From contig JAUWGH010000006.1 of NCBI GenBank assembly GCA_030606485.1, positions 60,001 through 92,000 on the forward strand: a stretch of 32,000 nt of DNA, given 5' to 3'. This DNA is from Promethearchaeota archaeon (GTDB lineage: Archaea > Asgardarchaeota > Lokiarchaeia > Sigyniarchaeales > SOKP01). The notes under the pieces were generated by a model. That model was not told the origin of the DNA, did not search any database, and saw nothing but the letters and a program-made list of their open reading frames with translations. The translations under genes and the position numbers were made by a program. Positions 26,102-32,000 of this stretch are shown piece by piece; the first letter of the stretch is position 1, and every line of letters starts with the position of its first letter.

Positions 26102-27034
26102 TTACCTAAAATCCTTCAGTAGGGGCTCGAATAAACGTTCATAATGAACTGCCATACAGTGTATTCCCGCGGCTGGCGTTGATTTTTTAATCTCACGAAT
26201 AAAGGGAACAAAGAATTCCAGATTTATTTCATCGACTTTTTTATTTCTTTCTTTTTTATCTTTAATACTTTTCTTTGCTGACTTTAAACTTTTTAGTAAA
26301 TCTTTTGGCACTGAAACTCCCGGGATATATTTATCAAAATATGAAGCAATACCGTAATTTTTTAATGGGAATAATCCTAGTAAAATTGGACAATTATATC
26401 GTGACAATTCTTTAATAAAATCTTTTGCATCATCTATATCAAATGCAGTTTGAGTTTGTATATAATCTGCACCAACTGCTACTTTTCTTCCAACTTTAAG
26501 AATTTCTGCTTCCCGAGGACTTGCATTTGGATTGGCTGCAATTGCTACATTCATCTCAACTTTTCCAGTCTCAATTTCATTTCCATATACGTCTGTATTT
26601 TCATCAATCATTTTGCTTAATAGATATACAAATTGGGTAGAATCCAAATCAAAGACAGGCTTCGCACCTGGATTATCACCTAAAGCACTATGGTCTCCAG
26701 TTAGAGCAAGTACATTTTTAATCCCTACACAAGCGGCGGCTAAAATATCCCCAAATAATGCAATACGATTTCTATCACGAACAGTCATCTGATATACTGT
26801 CTCAAGACCAACCTTTTCTTGAACTAGATATGATGGGATTAAACTATTAACATATGCCATTCCTTGTGGGCCGTCAGTAACATTAGCTGCTACAACATAT
26901 TCTTTCATAGCTTCTGCCGAGTGAATGATTTCACTTATATCAACCATTTTAGTTGGTTCAAGCTCTCCAGTAAAGAGGAACTTGCCAGTTTTTATTTCTT
27001 TCATCAGATTACTGAAAGCTGGACGATTTCCCAT
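26102..27034 (-). CDS. metF: Methylenetetrahydrofolate reductase, catalytic MetF subunit
   Basis: TGELEP, NVTDGP, QMTVRDRNRIAL, LALTGDH, GADYIQTQ, GIHCM. GGAGGTG RBS. Confidence 0.93.
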   Translation of the reverse strand: MGNRPAFSNLMKEIKTGKFLFTGELEPTKMVDISEIIHSAEAMKEYVVAANVTDGPQGMAYVNSLIPSYLVQEKVGLETVYQMTVRDRNRIALFGDILAAACVGIKNVLALTGDHSALGDNPGAKPVFDLDSTQFVYLLSKMIDENTDVYGNEIETGKVEMNVAIAANPNASPREAEILKVGRKVAVGADYIQTQTAFDIDDAKDFIKELSRYNCPILLGLFPLKNYGIASYFDKYIPGVSVPKDLLKSLKSAKKSIKDKKERNKKVDEINLEFFVPFIREIKKSTPAAGIHCMAVHYERLFEPLLKDFR

Positions 27035-27035
27035 T

Positions 27036-27731
27036 TTACTTCTCCACCTCCTCTTCTTCTATTGCATTGGTATATTCCTGGATTAACTCTAAATGACCAG
27101 GAGATGTCATTAGTCGATAATCCTTTGGGGGTCTAAACTTATTAAAAAGATCCAACCTATTAAACTTTTTTAATCTCTCGTAAATTTGTATCCAAGCACA
27201 AGGATACTTATATCCTCCTACTTCACAAAAGCCATCAACTTGACCACCACAAGGTCCATTATGGAGTCCCTTTGCACAACTGGCGACTGGACAAATGCCT
27301 GCTGTTTCACCGAGCAAACATTCTCCACAAGTATCGCAATATTGCTCATAAAGATTATCCCCGTGATTTTCAGAAGCTCCAAACATACTATCTTGGGCTG
27401 GAAAAGTAAGTGTATCCTCAAAAATCCTATTGAGCATAGAAACACCTAATCCACAAGCAAGTGATACAATTGCTTCATATTCATCTATATAAGGTCTAAC
27501 TGTTGTGCCTGCAATTCTATCATCACACTGACGTAATACAGTGATTGCTTTCCAAGTCAAATTTTTACCATTCATTTTTGATTTAAGTTCCAACATTTGC
27601 CCTAAAATTTTTGCTTCGTTTATACTTCTTGGAGGTTGACAACAACCATCACAACCTGCAATGAGGATCTTTGAATATGGTTTAATCATTTCATAGATCT
27701 CATCAATATCTTTTAGTTTTGTAATTATCAT
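27036..27731 (-). CDS. metV: MetV, Fe-S/Zn small subunit of methylene-THF reductase
   Basis: GCDGC, LRQCD, SLACGLGV, CDTCGECLL..TAGICP...CAKGLHNGPCGG...CEV...PCAW. Ends 1 nt before the metF start. Confidence 0.9.
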   Translation of the reverse strand: MIITKLKDIDEIYEMIKPYSKILIAGCDGCCQPPRSINEAKILGQMLELKSKMNGKNLTWKAITVLRQCDDRIAGTTVRPYIDEYEAIVSLACGLGVSMLNRIFEDTLTFPAQDSMFGASENHGDNLYEQYCDTCGECLLGETAGICPVASCAKGLHNGPCGGQVDGFCEVGGYKYPCAWIQIYERLKKFNRLDLFNKFRPPKDYRLMTSPGHLELIQEYTNAIEEEEVEK

Positions 27732-27830
27732 CTATTTACACGTTTATAGTTTTTTTCTCATAAATCATTTTATTAAAATTTATTTTCTATTTTGATTAAT
27801 TTTTTTAACTCATACAACAAATTAAATAAT

Positions 27831-28718
27831 TTAAATTTCTATTTTCAATTTTTCCAGTAATTTTCTTGGTTTAATTGCTCTTTTCATTATGTCCATATTT
27901 TCACTTTTTGGATTGATTCCAAATGCTAGAGCCATAATTTCTGGTAAATGGATAACTGGAATCTCCATCGGTTTATCTGATTTTCGTGCAATTTTTCTTC
28001 CATGTAAATCATATTGAGTTGTACATGCCGGGCAGACTGTTATTAGAGCATCTATTTGATTTTTCACCAAATCATTAAATTTCATCTCGCATAAGTTATC
28101 TCCAATATCTTCATTCAACCTTGCACAATAACCGCAACAAGTGACTTTTTCAGCATATTGTTTAACCTCAGCACCTAATGTCTGTAAAATTTTATCCATC
28201 ACTTCAGGACGTTCGGGATCATCGAATTCTAAAATTTTACTTGGTCGAATTAAATGACATCCTGGATGTGAAGCTAATGTTATGCCTTCCAATGGAACTT
28301 TTACCGAATCTTTTATTTTTTCTAACATTTTTTCATCCGAAAGAATTTCAGTTAAATGATATACCTTAGATGTTCCTCTAAATTCATAACCAATTTTACC
28401 TAAAATTTCATTAACCATTTCAAAGTATCTTTTATCTCTTTTTAACATCACATGAACGGTTTTTAATGTTTCAAAACATCCTGAACAAATAGTCATCACA
28501 TTCAATCCCATCTTTTCTGCAATACAAAGATTCCTAGCACCTATTGTTAGCCATGTTTCTATTCCTAACGATTGTATAGCAACAGGATCTGGGCAACAAC
28601 TTGCTCCGTGCATCTCTTTTAATCCTATGCCTAAAATCTCACAATCCTTTCTTGCTGCTGCTTCTAATTGTGGAGATCTTAAAGGTATCATACATCCTAA
28701 GAAAAATGCATAATCCAT
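27831..28718 (-). CDS. hdrB: Heterodisulfide reductase subunit B
   Basis: Two CCG domains: FFLGC, SCCPDP, CSGC, HPGCH, TCCG, CPAC. TAATG overlap with hdrC. Confidence 0.92.
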   Translation of the reverse strand: MDYAFFLGCMIPLRSPQLEAAARKDCEILGIGLKEMHGASCCPDPVAIQSLGIETWLTIGARNLCIAEKMGLNVMTICSGCFETLKTVHVMLKRDKRYFEMVNEILGKIGYEFRGTSKVYHLTEILSDEKMLEKIKDSVKVPLEGITLASHPGCHLIRPSKILEFDDPERPEVMDKILQTLGAEVKQYAEKVTCCGYCARLNEDIGDNLCEMKFNDLVKNQIDALITVCPACTTQYDLHGRKIARKSDKPMEIPVIHLPEIMALAFGINPKSENMDIMKRAIKPRKLLEKLKIEI

Positions 28719-29272
28719 TATGTCTTAACCTCCTTTTTTTTTCCTTTCTTAGCATCTTCAAGAATCTTTTTTAGCCCTGTCTCTTTAACAATAAATTCAA
28801 TTTCTTCTAAATTTGGTGTAACAATCTCTGGTAAATTAAATTTTTCTCTGTTTCTATCAATAGATTTTTTCAGCATTCCAGCATAAGGGACTGTAAATCC
28901 ATGTTCTAGGAGACTATTTATAGTTATTTCATATTCTGGTGGGATATGTCCCTCCTTTACAGCCATATTTCGCAACAATGCTAATATAAACGAATAATCT
29001 ACATTTTTTGGACACCGTTCGGTACAACGATGACATAAAGAGCAGTACCATATTGCGTTACTATTAAGGATTTTATCTTTTAAACCCAGCAATAGACAAG
29101 CAACAACTCTATGGGGTTGTAAATCTATATACTCTGATACTGTACAGCTACTACTACAGACACCACATTGAATGCATGCTAAAAGAGACTTAGCGCCAAT
29201 CTGATTACTAATCTGGTATCTTAAATCAGAAATTAAATCTGTTGATTTAATTATTTCTTGTGTTTTTTCCAT
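28718..29272 (-). CDS. hdrC: Heterodisulfide reductase subunit C
   Basis: CIQCGVCSSSC and CSLCHRCTERCP 2x[4Fe-4S] motifs. GGAGGTGA RBS. Confidence 0.92.
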   Translation of the reverse strand: MEKTQEIIKSTDLISDLRYQISNQIGAKSLLACIQCGVCSSSCTVSEYIDLQPHRVVACLLLGLKDKILNSNAIWYCSLCHRCTERCPKNVDYSFILALLRNMAVKEGHIPPEYEITINSLLEHGFTVPYAGMLKKSIDRNREKFNLPEIVTPNLEEIEFIVKETGLKKILEDAKKGKKKEVKT

Positions 29273-29273
29273 T

Positions 29274-32000
29274 TTATGCCTTCACCTCCGGTGTTAAAGG
29301 ACCTATTTCTTTAACTTTATTTATAAATTCCTTCATAACCTCTGCAAATATTTTACCTTCACTCGCTGAAATCCATTCAAGCCGGAGTCTTTCAGTGTCA
29401 ATACCTAATTTTGTAATTATATTTTTAATCTCATTAACTCTCCTTAATGTATCATGATTTCCCGCAATATAATGGCAATCACCGATATGACAGCCTCCAA
29501 TAAAAACACCATCTGCTCCTTCTAAAAATGCCTGTAAAATGAAACTTTTAGGAATTCTTCCAGAACACATTACTCTTATTGGTCTTACATTAGTTGGGTA
29601 TTGAAATCGGCTTACTCCACATGTATCCGCACCTGCATAACTACACCAATTACAAAGAAATGCTACAATTCTTGGGCGTTCATCCACAAAATCACCTCTT
29701 ACAGCTTCAACAATCATTGGCTCAACTTGTTCATTGCTAAAATGGCTCATTTTAATAGCATCTGCTGGACATTCAGCCGCACAATCACCACATCCCTTAC
29801 ATAATAATGGATTCACTTCAGAAATCATCTTACTGTTATCCATTGGAACCCCAATAGCACCAAAGCTGCAAACTTCTGCGCATCTATTACAACCTATACA
29901 TAACGCGGGATTTACATTAGAAATAATTGGTTCATTTTCTACAATTCCAGCAAATAAGGGAATTAACGCGTGTGAAGCAGTTGCACGTCCTTGACTAATC
30001 GAATCAGCAATACCTTTTGGACCATGTGCAGTTCCGCATAAAAAGATTCCATCTGTTGCAAAATCAAAAGGTCTTAGTTTGATGTGTGCTTCAAAAAAGA
30101 AACCATTTTTACCTAGAGGAACTTTTAATAACTCTGCTAATTGTTTATTTTTTTCATCGGGAATTAAGGGTGTAGATAAAACCACCTTATCCGCTTTAAT
30201 GTGTAAATTAATCTGTGTTAACATATCATGAACTCTAACGGTAATTTTATCATCATTAAAATCCAGTTCAGGGTATTCTGAAAACCTAAGGTAGTTAATA
30301 TCTTCTCTTGCTTTCCAATAATATTGCTCTTCTTCTGTTCCAACACGAATATCGCGATATAATACAAAAATATTTGAATTTGGATAATTTTCTTTAACAT
30401 ACAATGCATGCCGTATTGATTCACTACAACAAATAAGAGAACAATAACTTCTTCCTGATTCTTGCCTAGAACCGACGCAATGAATAAACACAAGAGTTTC
30501 TCCATCCGTTAATTCATTATTGCGTAATTTTTCTGATAATTCTAATTGAGTAAAAACCCTTGGATCTTTTCCATAATTGTACCAATCCGTAGGTTTATAT
30601 TCTGAAGCACCAGTAGCAACAATAATTGCACCAACTCTAATTTCTGATGTGCTTTTTTCTGAATCTTCTATTTTAATCGAAAAATCTCCGATTGAGCCTT
30701 TCACATCAACGATATTAGATGATAAATAAGTATTAATATTCTTTTGTTCTTTAATTTCTTTAATAAATTTTGAAATAAATTCCATAGAATCGATTCTATC
30801 GAAATTTATTTTATAGATTAAATTCAATTGCCCTCCAAGTTTGTCCATTTTTTCAACTAAATGGACTTTAAATCCACTTTTTGCTATTTCTAATGCCGCA
30901 CTCATACCTGCAATACCTCCACCAATGACCAAAGCTTCAGGAATTACATCTCCCTTTATTTTAAATTCCGGTTTTAAATTTCTTGCCCTTGCTATACCCA
31001 TTCTGATTAAATCTTTTGCTTTATCAGTGGCTTTTGGTTTATCTTTCATATGAACCCAAGAGTCAAGTTCTCGTATGCTCACAAAATTAAACAGATATGG
31101 ATTTAAACCTACTTCTCGTAGTGTATTTTGAAAAAGTGGTTCGTGAGTTCTTGGAGTACAAGCAGCTACAATAACTCGATTTAAATCCTCCTCAATAATC
31201 TTATCTTTGATTATTTGTTGAGTCTGTTCAGAGCAACTGTATTTGTTGTTCATAGCAAAAACCACGTTGGGGAGTGTCTTTAAATATTCAACGATTTCTT
31301 CATTATCCATATATCCTGCAATATTAACACCACAATCACATACAAAGACTCCAATTCTAGGCTCATCAAATGGAGATACATACTTTAAAGGAGGTAGTTC
31401 AATCACTCTTTCTTCCTCGGGAATTTGAACTGCATGTTGAGCAGCAAGGGAAGCTGCACCACTCGCTTTTGCTACTGAATTTGGAATATCATCAGGACTT
31501 TGACATGAACCTGTTATATATATTCCTGGAATAGTGGATTTTAAATCCTCTAAAGAATTCTCTGTTTTAAAGAATCCAAAATCATTTTGTTCAATTCCAA
31601 GAATCTTAGCTAACTCATCCGCATCTCTTCTTGGTATTACGGCATTAGCTAAAATTATCATATCAAAGATCTTTTCTTCTACCTCTCCCGTATCTAGATT
31701 TGCATATTTGACAATTAAATCCTGAGTTAATGGATCTTCTCTAATATCTCCTGGAATTCCACGATTATATTTAACTCCATATTCATCTTTTGCGCGTTCT
31801 ATAAATTCCTCTTGGTTTTTTCCAATTGTTCTTGTATCATTAAAGAAAATCGTTGGAGAAATCTCTGGAGCGTGTTCTTTTGCCACAACGGCTTCTTTTA
31901 CCATGTACATACAACAAAATTTGGAACAATAAGCGCATATATTGACATTTCTTGAGCCAACACAAGCGATAAACGCAATATTTTTAACATGTTTTCTATC
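29274..32000 (-). CDS. hdrA: Large HdrA-like flavoprotein with tandem HdrA modules, C-terminal ferredoxin and fused MvhD (5' end beyond the right edge)
   Basis: The frame stays open from 31910 to 32000 (DRKHVKNIAFIACVGSRNVNICAYCSKFCCMY), so the track start is internal. Second module GVFVCDCG, GGGIAG, HCVGSR..YCSLICC. Two CxxCxxCxxxC motifs. MvhD-like tail LCNWCSY..RVMCSGR..GGCHIGDCHY. Confidence 0.93.
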   Translation of the reverse strand, partial: DRKHVKNIAFIACVGSRNVNICAYCSKFCCMYMVKEAVVAKEHAPEISPTIFFNDTRTIGKNQEEFIERAKDEYGVKYNRGIPGDIREDPLTQDLIVKYANLDTGEVEEKIFDMIILANAVIPRRDADELAKILGIEQNDFGFFKTENSLEDLKSTIPGIYITGSCQSPDDIPNSVAKASGAASLAAQHAVQIPEEERVIELPPLKYVSPFDEPRIGVFVCDCGVNIAGYMDNEEIVEYLKTLPNVVFAMNNKYSCSEQTQQIIKDKIIEEDLNRVIVAACTPRTHEPLFQNTLREVGLNPYLFNFVSIRELDSWVHMKDKPKATDKAKDLIRMGIARARNLKPEFKIKGDVIPEALVIGGGIAGMSAALEIAKSGFKVHLVEKMDKLGGQLNLIYKINFDRIDSMEFISKFIKEIKEQKNINTYLSSNIVDVKGSIGDFSIKIEDSEKSTSEIRVGAIIVATGASEYKPTDWYNYGKDPRVFTQLELSEKLRNNELTDGETLVFIHCVGSRQESGRSYCSLICCSESIRHALYVKENYPNSNIFVLYRDIRVGTEEEQYYWKAREDINYLRFSEYPELDFNDDKITVRVHDMLTQINLHIKADKVVLSTPLIPDEKNKQLAELLKVPLGKNGFFFEAHIKLRPFDFATDGIFLCGTAHGPKGIADSISQGRATASHALIPLFAGIVENEPIISNVNPALCIGCNRCAEVCSFGAIGVPMDNSKMISEVNPLLCKGCGDCAAECPADAIKMSHFSNEQVEPMIVEAVRGDFVDERPRIVAFLCNWCSYAGADTCGVSRFQYPTNVRPIRVMCSGRIPKSFILQAFLEGADGVFIGGCHIGDCHYIAGNHDTLRRVNEIKNIITKLGIDTERLRLEWISASEGKIFAEVMKEFINKVKEIGPLTPEVKA

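Noticed and set aside
30784-30799. Perfect 16-bp palindrome ATAGAATCGATTCTAT inside hdrA
   Set aside because: It lies deep in coding sequence with no nearby promoter or gene start and is a single instance, so chance is likely.
24129-31725. Short track ORFs 24129, 24773, 26532, 26864, 27186, 27218, 28178, 29260, 29601, 29734, 30218, 30841, 31243, 31534
   Set aside because: Antisense or alternate-frame shadows of the metF-like, met and hdr genes. 24773-24982 overlaps the extended MetF-like frame.
27831-32000. HdrABC as evidence of methanogenesis
   Set aside because: No mcr/mtr genes are in the window, and the adjacent metVF points to a different role.
29274-32000. Selenocysteine recoding in HdrA/MvhD
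   Set aside because: The visible frame has no in-frame TGA and all cluster ligands read as Cys. The part beyond 32000 cannot be assessed.
1-32000. CRISPR arrays, rRNA/tRNA genes, IS elements, proviral genes
   Set aside because: No regularly spaced repeats, GC-rich structured RNA segments, transposase/integrase ORFs or terminal inverted repeats were seen by eye. Small RNAs could be missed without Infernal/tRNAscan.

Overview
AT-rich (roughly 30% GC by eye, not computed), gene-dense archaeal chromosomal window. It is most consistent with an Asgard archaeon (Lokiarchaeia-like); this is inferred from archaeal CDC48, HdrABC, geranylgeranyl reductase, GGAGGTGA-type ribosome-binding sites and a canonical WD40 protein. 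Left to right: cdc48 (runs off left edge), hsp20, DUF1028 Ntn-hydrolase, GNAT, acyl-CoA ligase, orphan N6-adenine DNA methyltransferase, ChlD-type AAA+vWA and ChlH/CobN-type chelatase pair, ArsR-like wHTH, NDT-fold protein, cyclase, two hotdog/MaoC proteins, geranylgeranyl reductase, aminotransferase plus ornithine cyclodeaminase-family pair, small hypothetical, stand-alone CDC48 N-domain protein, 7-repeat WD40 protein, degenerate MetF paralog, SAM methyltransferase, Lrp, and an hdrA(tandem, MvhD-fused; runs off right edge)-hdrC-hdrB-metV-metF cluster. Main leads: (1) a Moorella-type Hdr/MvhD/MetVF methylene-THF reductase cluster in an archaeon, with an apparently catalytically dead MetF paralog nearby whose frame seems to begin at ATC; (2) a stand-alone CDC48 N-domain next to a WD40 propeller resembling eukaryotic WDR48/UAF1; (3) a chelatase D+H pair without cob/bch context, with a possible slippery site that would yield a ChlI-sized product. 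I saw no rRNA, tRNA, CRISPR array or transposase. All family assignments come from motif recognition, not database searches.
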